This document shows, one piece after another, positions 55,679 through 64,000 of a stretch of 64,000 nucleotides of DNA. How positions within the stretch are numbered: position 1 is the stretch's first letter; each line of letters opens with the position of its first letter. Position numbers and translations under genes: made by a program. The notes below the pieces were generated by a model. That model had not been told where the DNA came from, ran no database searches, and worked only from the letters and a program-made list of their open reading frames with translations. This DNA is from Candidatus Marinacidobacterium sp. (GTDB taxonomy: Bacteria; Acidobacteriota; Vicinamibacteria; Marinacidobacterales; Marinacidobacteraceae): NCBI GenBank assembly GCA_965220965.1, contig OZ244852.1, forward strand, positions 1,888,001 through 1,952,000, written 5' to 3'.

Positions 55679-58129
55679 ATGCGCCGACTCAGCGCCCTTC
55701 TCACGGCTGTCCCCCTCGCGACGCTCCTGGTCGCCGCCGGCGCGGCGGGAGTGGCCGAGGCCGTCCAGCTTCGCAGCCAGTCGGAACTCACCGCCGCCGA
55801 CGCCGATCCCGGCTTCCGGATCACGCTGGATCATCTCGGCGGCGGACCCCGCGTCTTCGGGCTCGCGCCCCGCGACCTGCGCTGGTCGCCGGACGGGGAG
55901 ACCCTCTACTTCCGCTGGCGCGAGGACCCCGAGCCCGGCCAGTTGCCCGCCGACGATCCGTGGTTCGCGGTGGGCGCCGACGGCGCCGGCCTGATCCAGC
56001 TCGGGGAGGACGGCATCCGCGCCGTTCCGGGATCGGACCTCGTCCGGTCGGGCGACGGGAGGGTCGCCGCCTGGACCCGCGAGGGCGACCTCTTCGTGTG
56101 GACTCCCGAAGCGGGCGCCCGGCCGGTGTTCGCCGGGGCGCGGAACGTGGGAGCGGTCCGGGTCCGGCCGGACGGGTCGGCGGTCCTGTTCGCCACCTCG
56201 GGCCTCTCCGCGAACGCGTCGGAGCACGGGGACCTGTGGGAGTTCCGGACGGATTCCGGGCTCGTTCGGCAGGTCGCCGTGGTGGTCCCCGAAGAGAAGG
56301 ACCCCGAGGGTCAGGAGGCCTGGCTCGAGGAGCAGCAGCAGGAACTCCTCGGAGTCGTGCGGGACCGGAAGGCGCGCGAGGAGCGCCAGCAGGACCTCCG
56401 CCGCATGCGCCGCGCCGCCGGACCCCAGGCGATTCCGGTCCCGGAAGGCGAGCGGGCCCTGGACCTGCGGCTGTCTCCTGACGGGAAGTTCGTGGTCTTC
56501 CGCGCCCGGAAGGACCCGCCGAAGGCGGACCGCACCGCCTTCATGGAGTTCGTCAACCTGAGCGGCGAGGCCACCGCGAAGGACGCCCGGCCCAAGGTGG
56601 GCGAAGCGCTTCCCTCCTGGCGCATGGGCGTCGTCGCGGTGGACCCCGGAGTGCGTCCCGAGGACATCGAGGTCCGCTGGGTGGATGACGGAATCGAAGA
56701 GGACACGGTGATCCACGGACCCGACTGGAGCCCGGACGGACTTCAGGCGGCGGTCCAGATCCTCTCGATGGACCACAAGCAGCGCTGGGTCGGCCTGCTC
56801 GACATCGAGGCCGGGACGGTCCGGACCCTGGACCACCAGACCGAGGAGGCCTGGATCGGGGGACCGCTGGTCGTCGGCCGGTGGTCTCCCGGCTACCTCG
56901 AGTGGCTTCCCGACAGCCAGGCCTTCGCCTTCGGCTCCACCGCGAGCGGCTGGGCCATGCTGCTGCTCGCCAACATCGACGGGGAAGTCATGCCGCTCAC
57001 GCGGGGGGCGTTCGAGGTGCGCCGCGCCGAGCTGGCGCCCGGCGGCGACGCCTTCCTCGTCACCACCAGCCGCGAACACCCCGGCGAGGAGCACCTCTAC
57101 CGGCTGCCGGCGCGCGGGGGCGAACTCGAACAGATCACCGGCGGCGAGGGGATGCACACCTGGGCGGTCTCACCGAAGGGCGACCGGGTGGGGGCGGTCA
57201 GCCAGTCGCTCACCGAACTGGGCGACCTGTACCTGATGGACGTCGCGGCGGGCGCCGAACCGCTGCGGATCACGAAGAGCGGGACGGACGCCTTCTTCCG
57301 GGTCGCCTGGGCCGACAGCGACATCGTGGAGTACGACCTGCCCGATGGCGCCACCGCCTGGGCCCGGATCTGGGACCCGCCTCCGGGCGCGACCCGGGGA
57401 GCGATTCCCGCGGTGGTCTACGCCCACGGGTGCGGCGAGTGCGCCCAGGCGGTGGTCAAGGGATGGGGCCGCCTGGGAAGCATCGCCTACGCCAACTTCC
57501 TGATCCAGCAGGGCTACGCGGCGGCCTCGGTGGACTACCGGGGCAGCTCGGGCTACGGACACGCCAACCGGACCTACGCCTACCGGCAGATGGGCGTCTC
57601 GGACATCGACAGCGCCCTGCCCCTGCTCGACCTGCTGGTCGAGGACTACGGCGTCGCCCGAAACCGCATCGGGGTCTACGGCGGTTCCTACGGGGGGTTC
57701 TTCACGCTGATGTCGCTCTTCCGCCACCCGGGCGCCTACGCCGCCGGCGTGGCGCTCTACCCGGTCACCGACTGGGTCCACTACAACCAGGGCTACACCA
57801 GCCGCATCCTGAACGGGAGCCAGCTCGACGACGAGGAGGCCTACCGCGTCTCCAGCCCGGTGTACTACGCCGACGGACTCTCCGACGCGCTCCAGATCCA
57901 GCACGGCCTGGTGGACGGGAACGTCCAGATCCAGGACTCGTTCCGGCTGGCGCAGATCCTCATCGAGAAGCAGAAGGACTTCGACCTGGTCGTCTATCCG
58001 GTGGAGGACCATGGCTGGGACGAGATCCCGACGCGCCGCGACAGCTACCGACGGATGACGGAGTTCTTCGACCGTCACCTGCGGGGTGACGCTCCCGCGC
58101 CCCGGGAGACCGAGGACCCGCGGCGGTAG
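55679..58129 (+). CDS. Secreted S9 (prolyl oligopeptidase/dipeptidyl peptidase) family peptidase
   Basis: Signal peptide, WSPDG propeller repeats, DYRGSSGYG, GGSYGG nucleophile, DGNV, EDHG. Confidence 0.92.
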   Translation: MRRLSALLTAVPLATLLVAAGAAGVAEAVQLRSQSELTAADADPGFRITLDHLGGGPRVFGLAPRDLRWSPDGETLYFRWREDPEPGQLPADDPWFAVGADGAGLIQLGEDGIRAVPGSDLVRSGDGRVAAWTREGDLFVWTPEAGARPVFAGARNVGAVRVRPDGSAVLFATSGLSANASEHGDLWEFRTDSGLVRQVAVVVPEEKDPEGQEAWLEEQQQELLGVVRDRKAREERQQDLRRMRRAAGPQAIPVPEGERALDLRLSPDGKFVVFRARKDPPKADRTAFMEFVNLSGEATAKDARPKVGEALPSWRMGVVAVDPGVRPEDIEVRWVDDGIEEDTVIHGPDWSPDGLQAAVQILSMDHKQRWVGLLDIEAGTVRTLDHQTEEAWIGGPLVVGRWSPGYLEWLPDSQAFAFGSTASGWAMLLLANIDGEVMPLTRGAFEVRRAELAPGGDAFLVTTSREHPGEEHLYRLPARGGELEQITGGEGMHTWAVSPKGDRVGAVSQSLTELGDLYLMDVAAGAEPLRITKSGTDAFFRVAWADSDIVEYDLPDGATAWARIWDPPPGATRGAIPAVVYAHGCGECAQAVVKGWGRLGSIAYANFLIQQGYAAASVDYRGSSGYGHANRTYAYRQMGVSDIDSALPLLDLLVEDYGVARNRIGVYGGSYGGFFTLMSLFRHPGAYAAGVALYPVTDWVHYNQGYTSRILNGSQLDDEEAYRVSSPVYYADGLSDALQIQHGLVDGNVQIQDSFRLAQILIEKQKDFDLVVYPVEDHGWDEIPTRRDSYRRMTEFFDRHLRGDAPAPRETEDPRR

Positions 58130-58130
58130 A

Positions 58131-58164
58131 AGAAGACCCGGCAGAAGACCCGACAGAAGACCCG
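58131..58164. repeat. Three tandem copies of a 12-bp unit (AGAAGACCCG core)
   Basis: agaagacccg-gc-agaagacccg-ac-agaagacccg between convergent stop codons. Confidence 0.7.
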
Positions 58165-58180
58165 GTTGGGCCCGCCGCCG

Positions 58181-59464
58181 TCAGAACCAGCGGCGGCGGA
58201 ACCGGTTGTTGACGACGTTGTTGAAGATGGATCCGAAGCGGAATTCGAACCCCACTTCCATCCGGTAGTCGAAGTCCGTCGGCCGCTGCTGAAGGCGCAG
58301 GAGCGCCTCGGCGTCGGTGGCGTCCTCGGCGGCCAGGTAGATCTGGTCGTTGACCGAGGAGACGTTGCCGGACACCTCGAGCGAAAGCCCCCGGAAGATC
58401 CGGAACTCGAGGTCTCCGCCCACGGAGAGCAGCCGCTGGTTCATGTCGTGCAGGAAGTGCGAGCCGCGAACGTTCACCGAGGCGTTGCCCCACGGCTGGC
58501 GCTGACTGAACCGCACCTCCATCCCCTGCTCCCAGCGTGTCTCCTCGGTCTCGCCGTAGATCGTCGTCTCCACGTAGTCCCGGTACGCGGGCCCGATCGT
58601 GTAGTAGAAGGTGAAGCTGCGGCGGGTGGCTTCCTCGTAGGGGAAGACGCTGTACTCGAGGGCCGACCGGACCTCGACGCGCAGGTCCTGGTTGTAGGTG
58701 ACGTTTCTGGCGGTGTTCGTGTCGAGCCCCACGGACCAGTGGTCCAGCAGCGCGTAGACGATCCGCGAGTTGACGTTCCACCCGGTGCGGGTGTCCTCGA
58801 AGGTTCCGTCGGAGAGCTCGATCCGGAGCCGGTCGTTCTCGACCTGGCCGGAGAAACGGATCCGCCATTCCGGGGTGACCCGTGACGCCGAGAAGCCGCC
58901 CTCGAGGCTCGTTCGCCGCTCGCTGGTCTCGCCGTCGATCCCCACTTCCCCGTCGACCCGGAAGACCCAGAGGTTCCAGGGATCCTCGACTTCGTCGCGG
59001 GAGACCACGCCGCGCGCCGCCGCCTCCTCCTCGCGATCCACCCGGCTCAGCATGACGAGACCGTGGAAGCCGGCCTCTTCGGCGAAAACCGCGAGCCCCA
59101 GCGACAGCGACTGGACGATCCCGTCCAGCGTCTCCCGGTCGGTGTTCGTCGGGGGCGCCCGGTACCGCTGGCGCTTGCTGTAGTCCGCGTGCTCGCCGAC
59201 GCCCAGGAAGTCGAACAGGTACTCCCGCCCGCCGGCGCCGGTCGTCTGGGAGGTCATGATCAGGTGGACGTCGGAGTCCTCCTTGTCGTTGACCCAGTTC
59301 ACCCAGTCGATGTGCGTGCGGTAGTACCGCGAATCACAGCGGGGCCCCGAGCAGTCGAAGAACACCCCCGGACGGCCATTCTGCGCCGATGCGTTGGATG
59401 GCGAGGTGGCGCTCCCCACCGCAGCCAGAGCCGCGATGGCCAGCGCGCGGCCCGTCAGACTCAT
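58181..59464 (-). CDS. Secreted/outer-membrane beta-barrel-like hypothetical protein
   Basis: SD GGAAGGA, signal peptide ending ASA, N-terminal DC-x4-C domain, alternating beta-strand pattern, C-terminal FRFGSIFNNVVNNRF. Confidence 0.75.
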   Translation of the reverse strand: MSLTGRALAIAALAAVGSATSPSNASAQNGRPGVFFDCSGPRCDSRYYRTHIDWVNWVNDKEDSDVHLIMTSQTTGAGGREYLFDFLGVGEHADYSKRQRYRAPPTNTDRETLDGIVQSLSLGLAVFAEEAGFHGLVMLSRVDREEEAAARGVVSRDEVEDPWNLWVFRVDGEVGIDGETSERRTSLEGGFSASRVTPEWRIRFSGQVENDRLRIELSDGTFEDTRTGWNVNSRIVYALLDHWSVGLDTNTARNVTYNQDLRVEVRSALEYSVFPYEEATRRSFTFYYTIGPAYRDYVETTIYGETEETRWEQGMEVRFSQRQPWGNASVNVRGSHFLHDMNQRLLSVGGDLEFRIFRGLSLEVSGNVSSVNDQIYLAAEDATDAEALLRLQQRPTDFDYRMEVGFEFRFGSIFNNVVNNRFRRRWF

Positions 59465-59703
59465 GTCCTTCCGGGAAGGACGACGACCGCGGCGGGGGCG
59501 CGTCCCGGCGGACGCCGCAGGCCCTACGGAGAGTCCAGTCTTCGTTCGAAGATCCAAGGGAAGCCGGGGTCGGAAGCCTTCGTCGCGCCGAACGAAGTCA
59601 GGCGCCGGAACACCTCGATTCGGATCGGGGAGGCGCGCCCCGAAGACTGCCCGTCAACATCCGCCGGTAGCGTACCTCGCGGCACTGACCCCTGGACCTG
59701 TTC

Positions 59704-60600
59704 TCATCCAGCGTCCGCTACGTCCAGTGAGCCCGGGAGCCGCGCCTGGCGGGCGGTGAGGCGGGCGAGGCGCACGATGTCGTCAGTGGAGGCGCCCCGC
59801 GAGAGGTCGTTGGCGGGCGCCCGGAGTCCCTGCAGGATGGGACCGGTCGCGTGGGCCCCCGCGAGCCGCTCGACGAGCTTGTAGCCGATGTTCCCCGAAC
59901 CGAGGTCCGGGAAGATCAGGACGTTGGCCCTTCCCGCCACCGGGCTCCCCGGCGCCTTGGACGCGGCGACCCCGGGAACCAGCGCCGCATCGACCTGGAG
60001 TTCGCCATCCACCAGCAGCCCCGGGGCGAGCGCCCGGGCGCGCCGCGCGGCCTCGGCGACCCGGCGGGCGCGCGGGTGGTCGGCGCTGCCGCGAGTGGAA
60101 AAGGAGAGCATGGCCACCCGGGCCTCCATCCCGAGGAGCTGCTCCGCGGTTCTGGCGGTGAGGACCGCGATCTCGGCAAGCTCGGCGGCGTCCGGCTCGG
60201 GCGCCACCGCGCCGTCGGCGAACAGCAGCGGCGGCCGTCCGTCGGGAAACTCCATGAGGAACGCTCCCGACACCCGGGAGACGCCGGGACGCATTCCGAT
60301 GGCGACGAGCGCCGCCCGGATCACCTCGGCGGTCGTGAACACCGCTCCCGCGACGCAGCCCTCGGCTTCGCCGCGCGCCACCAGCGAGTCGGCGAACAGC
60401 AGCGGGTCGCTGGCGGACGCCTCCGGCCGGACCGATTCCACTCCGTCTACCGGCGAAGGATCCTGCGCCCCGTCTTCCGGATCGAACACCAGCACGGGAC
60501 GGGCGAAGCCCGCGTCGCGGATTCGCGAAGCCGCCTCGCGGACGCGCGGATCCGCCGCCTCCGGAAAGACGATCCGGGGAACCCTGGAACGGACGCTCAC
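59704..60600 (-). CDS. pta: Phosphate acetyltransferase / phosphate acyltransferase
   Basis: [68 protein letters not shown]. Confidence 0.9.
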   Translation of the reverse strand: MSVRSRVPRIVFPEAADPRVREAASRIRDAGFARPVLVFDPEDGAQDPSPVDGVESVRPEASASDPLLFADSLVARGEAEGCVAGAVFTTAEVIRAALVAIGMRPGVSRVSGAFLMEFPDGRPPLLFADGAVAPEPDAAELAEIAVLTARTAEQLLGMEARVAMLSFSTRGSADHPRARRVAEAARRARALAPGLLVDGELQVDAALVPGVAASKAPGSPVAGRANVLIFPDLGSGNIGYKLVERLAGAHATGPILQGLRAPANDLSRGASTDDIVRLARLTARQARLPGSLDVADAG

Positions 60601-60920
60601 GGGGACGACTCCGGCGCCGGAGACCCCGGCCCGGTCCCGGAGAACGCGGGAAACGCGGCGGAAAGCCGGAAACTCCGCACCGGAATCAACAGTTCGCGGA
60701 TAGGATACCGCCTCGTAGTATGGCTGCTACGTCAGCCGACTGGACGGAGCCCGGAACATTCCGCCGGCTCCAGCGTAGCGCCTCAAAGGGCAGCCCCGTG
60801 GTTTCCGAACGGGAAACCGCTCCGGAAAAGGAGCCTCGAGACCGGGCGGTCAACACCCCCGCTCGACAGGCGCGACCCGCGCCGGCCCGCCGAGGCAGAC
60901 CCCGCAGAGGGAGGAAGCGA

Positions 60921-61256
60921 ATGAACATCACGAAGCGCCAGGAAGACGGAGTCGTCATCCTGGATCTGGACGGCAAGATCGTCCTCGGAGAAGGAGACGA
61001 GACCCTGCGGAATTCGGTCCGCGAGGTCGTCGGCGCCGGACACCGGAAGGTCGTCCTGAATCTGGCCCGGGTGCCCTATGTGGACAGCGCCGGGCTCGGA
61101 GAACTGGTGCGCTGCCACACCCGGGTCGTCCAGGCCGGGGGCAGTGTCAAGCTGCTGAACCTGACGGCGCGTCTTCAGGACCTGCTGCAGATCACGAAGC
61201 TGGTCACCGTCTTCGACACGTTCGAGACCGAAGAATCCGCGATCGCGAGCTTCTGA
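60921..61256 (+). CDS. STAS domain anti-sigma factor antagonist (RsbV/SpoIIAA-like)
   Basis: GGAGG SD; LDLDGKI, VPYVDSAGLGEL (phosphorylatable Ser), LLQITKL. Confidence 0.9.
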   Translation: MNITKRQEDGVVILDLDGKIVLGEGDETLRNSVREVVGAGHRKVVLNLARVPYVDSAGLGELVRCHTRVVQAGGSVKLLNLTARLQDLLQITKLVTVFDTFETEESAIASF

Positions 61257-61539
61257 GCGCGCTGCGGCGAGCGTCCGCGGCGTCGGCCGGCCCCTCGCGG
61301 AAGCGCCGCCCGACCGGGTCCGTTTCCCGGGCGGCGACGCCTCCATTCCCGCGGAGCCTGAAGACGGCGGCCACCGCTCTACCTGCGGGCTGCGCTCCCG
61401 GGCATGGTCCGCGAGGCGGCGCAACCCGTCGCGGGCGGTGGAATCGGTGAACGCCGTTCTCCCCCGCGGAGAGTCCCGGACCTTCGCCGCGCGCCGCCCA
61501 AAACAAGCCCCGCCCCGACGGCGGGCCCGAAGGAGACCC

Positions 61540-62256
61540 ATGGCGAGTTCCGCCACCGCAGACGCCGCGACCAGGACGCCGGCGTCCCCCAACGAGAACG
61601 AACAGCCGGCGAACGCGCCGGACGTCGAGTCCATCATGGCGGCGATCCGCCGCACGACCCGGGAACGGGACGAAGACACCGGGACGAGCGAGCGCGAGTT
61701 CAAGTCGCACCTGCGGCGGCGGATGCTGAAGCCGCTGAGTTCGCGGGGCTTTTCCGAAGACTTCATCGAGGGCGTCCGCTCGCGCGAACACGACCGATGG
61801 AACATCAGCTTCGAGTCCCGGGACCTCGGCGGCGGCGACTCGACGCTGGCGCGCGTCATCCGGACGCTGCTGTCGCCCTTCCTGCGACTCGCGCTGAACA
61901 CCCGCCCGCTCGCCGAATTCGCGGCGCGTCAGGCGGAGATCAACGAGTACCACCGACGGCTGCTCTGGGCCACGAACCGTGACCTCGAGATGGCGCGACT
62001 GGAACTGGAGGCGGTGAAGCGCGAGTTGCGCAAGCTCGGCGTGAACGTGGACATCTCCTTCGCGGTCGGACCCGCGAGCGCGCCCGGTCCGGGGCGCGGA
62101 GGATCGCCTTCCCGTTCCGGTCCGGGCCGCGGCCGCGGTGACGGACGCTCCGGACGCGGCGGCTCGCGACGGGGCTCGCGGTCCGGACGCGGCGGCCGCT
62201 CGGGCGATCGCCGAAGCTCCGACCGCCCGAGCCGGAGCGGAGGGAGAGAGCGGTGA
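61540..62256 (+). CDS. Hypothetical protein (coiled-coil core, RG/RS-rich tail)
   Basis: AGGAG SD; DVESIMAAIR, amphipathic RVIRTLLSPFLRL, coiled coil. GTGA overlap with the GT4-like gene. Confidence 0.7.
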   Translation: MASSATADAATRTPASPNENEQPANAPDVESIMAAIRRTTRERDEDTGTSEREFKSHLRRRMLKPLSSRGFSEDFIEGVRSREHDRWNISFESRDLGGGDSTLARVIRTLLSPFLRLALNTRPLAEFAARQAEINEYHRRLLWATNRDLEMARLELEAVKRELRKLGVNVDISFAVGPASAPGPGRGGSPSRSGPGRGRGDGRSGRGGSRRGSRSGRGGRSGDRRSSDRPSRSGGRER

Positions 62257-63644
62257 GGCTGGCCTTCGTCGTCTCCCGCTTCGGATCCCCCGAGCCGTCA
62301 GCCCCTGAGATCCTCGCGCGCGAATTCGTCGAGCGGGCGCCAGGCCACTGGCGCGCCACCGTCCTCACGACCGGGACGGCAGGGGGCGCCGCCGACGGGG
62401 CGCCGGCGGAAGCCCGGACGCCGCAGCTCCGGATCCGCCGGTTCCCCACCGCCGGGGACGCCGGCCGGCCAGAAGAAAGGACTTCCCCGGAGCTCCTGAA
62501 GCATCTCGAGGAACGGGGGCCGGACTACGACCTGGTCGTGGTCTTCGGAGTGGACTCCCCGGTCTGCCGGGAGGCCGTCGGGATCGTCGAGGGTCGCACC
62601 GTGCTCCTGCCGTTCGCCGACGAGGAGACGGTCGAGTCCGACCTCGATGAGGTCTTCGCCGGCGCGGCCGCGTTCGTCTTCGGGAGCGACGCCGAGGAGC
62701 GGCTCGTGCTGCGGCGGTTCACCGTCCACCGCCGCATGCGCGAGACGGTTCGCTTCGCGGCGATGCTGCCCAGCGTCGCGGAGCCGGAGGCCTTCCGCCG
62801 ACGGTCCGGTTCCACCGGAGCGCACCTGGTGCACCCGGGTCGCCTCGAACCTGGGCGCGGAGCGGAAGAGCTGCTCCGCTACTTCGTCACCTTCCGGGAG
62901 CGACTCCCGGAGGCGCACCTCGAACTCGTGCTGTTCGGCCCCTCGCGCATCGCGACGCCGCGACGATCCGACATCCGGCTCCTCGTCCCGAAAAGCGGTC
63001 AGGAGCGACGCGACGCCGTGGCCAGCGCCCTCGCCGCGGTGGTTCCCGCAAAACTGGCCGACGCCTCGGCGGCGACCGAGCCGTTCCGCCTCGGCGTCCC
63101 GCTGGTGGCGACCGCCTCGGCGGAAAACCTGGTCAACACGCTGAAGGCTTCGAACGGCGGACTCTTCTACCAGAACTACGACGAGTTCGAACTCATCCTC
63201 CGGCGCGGCCTTCAGGAACCCGACCTGTTCCGGCGCATGGGCGCCGCCGGCCAGCGCCACCTGACGTCGAACAACGACTGGAACGCGGTCATCTCCCGTT
63301 GCGACCGGGTTCTCCGCAGCTTCGCCCGGCCCACGCTGGGCGATCCTCCGGACGCGCAGCCAGCCACCGCGGCGGCGCCCGACGACTCCGTCGGGGATGA
63401 GCATGCGGGCGAGGTCCCGGCGCAGGCCCCGCCGGACGCGGGGGAGTCCCCGGACGCCGCGCCGCAGCCCGAAGACGCCGGACCCGCCGGCGTCGAGGAG
63501 GCGGCGCAGGCAACGTCGGATGGCGGCGAGCCGGAAGAGACCGGGGGTCCCGCTCCCGAAGCGGAAGAATCCGGGAGTCAGGCGCCGGAGGAAGAGGGCG
63601 CCGAGCCGGCGCTTCCCGGCTTCTTCGGGTCGTCGATCCGGTAA
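62253..63644 (+). CDS. Glycosyltransferase family 4-like protein (degenerate motifs, acidic tail)
   Basis: MRLAFVVSRFG N-terminus, PGRLEPGRG (GR..K equivalent), GVPLVA, SNGGLFYQNYDEF, RMGAAGQRH..W GT-B C-terminal pattern. Confidence 0.7.
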   Translation: MRLAFVVSRFGSPEPSAPEILAREFVERAPGHWRATVLTTGTAGGAADGAPAEARTPQLRIRRFPTAGDAGRPEERTSPELLKHLEERGPDYDLVVVFGVDSPVCREAVGIVEGRTVLLPFADEETVESDLDEVFAGAAAFVFGSDAEERLVLRRFTVHRRMRETVRFAAMLPSVAEPEAFRRRSGSTGAHLVHPGRLEPGRGAEELLRYFVTFRERLPEAHLELVLFGPSRIATPRRSDIRLLVPKSGQERRDAVASALAAVVPAKLADASAATEPFRLGVPLVATASAENLVNTLKASNGGLFYQNYDEFELILRRGLQEPDLFRRMGAAGQRHLTSNNDWNAVISRCDRVLRSFARPTLGDPPDAQPATAAAPDDSVGDEHAGEVPAQAPPDAGESPDAAPQPEDAGPAGVEEAAQATSDGGEPEETGGPAPEAEESGSQAPEEEGAEPALPGFFGSSIR

Positions 63645-63998
63645 TCAGCCCCCCCGGGCGACCCTGACGGCGGCCCGGCGCACGGCGCGGATGGCGCGCC
63701 GATGGAGATCGAACGCCGTGCGGCTGCCCTCCATCCGGTAGGAAGCCTTCCAGAGCTTCCGGAATCGTCGAAACAGATCCGCCTGCCGATCGGCGAGCCT
63801 CCGCAGGCCCTCGGCCAGATCGGGATCGGGGCGCCGGACCTCCGACGCATGCCACTCCCGCACGCGGAGGGTGAGGACGCCGCGTTCGGCCGCGAGCCGG
63901 GAAGCGTCGAGGGCCCAGGCCCACTCGCCGCCCACCGGATCCGGGGGAAGCCGGCCTTGCCGGACCTCGGCGTCCAGTTGCTCCAGTTCGCGCCCGGT
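63645..63998 (-). CDS. C-terminal end of a helical protein entering from the right edge (possibly a GH20-like C-terminus)
   Basis: The frame is open from the window edge to the stop at 63645; FRKLWKASYRMEG helix. The family call is weak. Confidence 0.45.
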   Translation of the reverse strand, partial: TGRELEQLDAEVRQGRLPPDPVGGEWAWALDASRLAAERGVLTLRVREWHASEVRRPDPDLAEGLRRLADRQADLFRRFRKLWKASYRMEGSRTAFDLHRRAIRAVRRAAVRVARGG

Positions 63999-64000
63999 GG

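Noticed and set aside
58131-58164. CRISPR-like repeat
   Set aside because: 10-bp core with 2-bp spacers, three copies, and no cas genes.
384-63924. Many long antisense or alternative-frame ORFs (e.g. 384-2444 +, 6695-9295 -, 11208-14387 -, 22042-25647 -, 39660-41693 -)
   Set aside because: They are shadow ORFs expected from stop-codon scarcity and codon bias in high-GC DNA. They overlap well-supported genes and are Arg/Pro/Gly-rich or motif-free.
1-64000. Mobile elements, prophage, defence systems, tRNA/rRNA
   Set aside because: No transposase, integrase, phage or defence motifs, no cloverleaf or rRNA-like sequence, and no obvious compositional island were seen by eye.

Overview
Densely coding, very GC-rich (roughly 70% by eye) bacterial core-genome window, most likely from an Acidobacteriota-like organism. 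This taxonomy is inferred from a VWA protein of the acidobacterial type, a TamB/Omp85/SurA cluster, a TPR+FG-GAP/ASPIC protein and the Rieske/cyt b + aa3 oxidase operon type. Gene order: hslVU, transaldolase, a three-gene acyl-CoA carboxylase, tamB-omp85-surA, a group-2-like sigma70, two amidases, rnhA, phzF-like, ABC-F, three tandem secreted TPR paralogs, trpDCFBA plus an aroF-like gene, a HEAT protein, Rieske/cyt b6-type/subunit IV/octaheme cyt c followed by cytochrome c oxidase genes, a VWA protein, a cupredoxin-like lipoprotein, NUDIX, TlpA, rpoZ, DUF418, M24 and S9 peptidases, an outer-membrane protein, pta, a STAS protein and a GT4-like gene. I found no tRNA, rRNA, CRISPR array or mobile element. 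Three signals stand out. (1) An AhpD-like peroxidase is split by an in-frame UGA exactly at the second Cys of its CxxC motif, with a SECIS-like hairpin 12 nt downstream, so it is probably a selenoprotein missed by ORF calling. (2) An intact DAHP-synthase paralog at the end of the trp operon has lost two metal ligands and the KPRT motif but keeps its ACT domain, making it a candidate regulatory pseudoenzyme. (3) Three tandem secreted TPR proteins carry strictly spaced Cys pairs. All product calls are by eye from motifs; no database searches were run.
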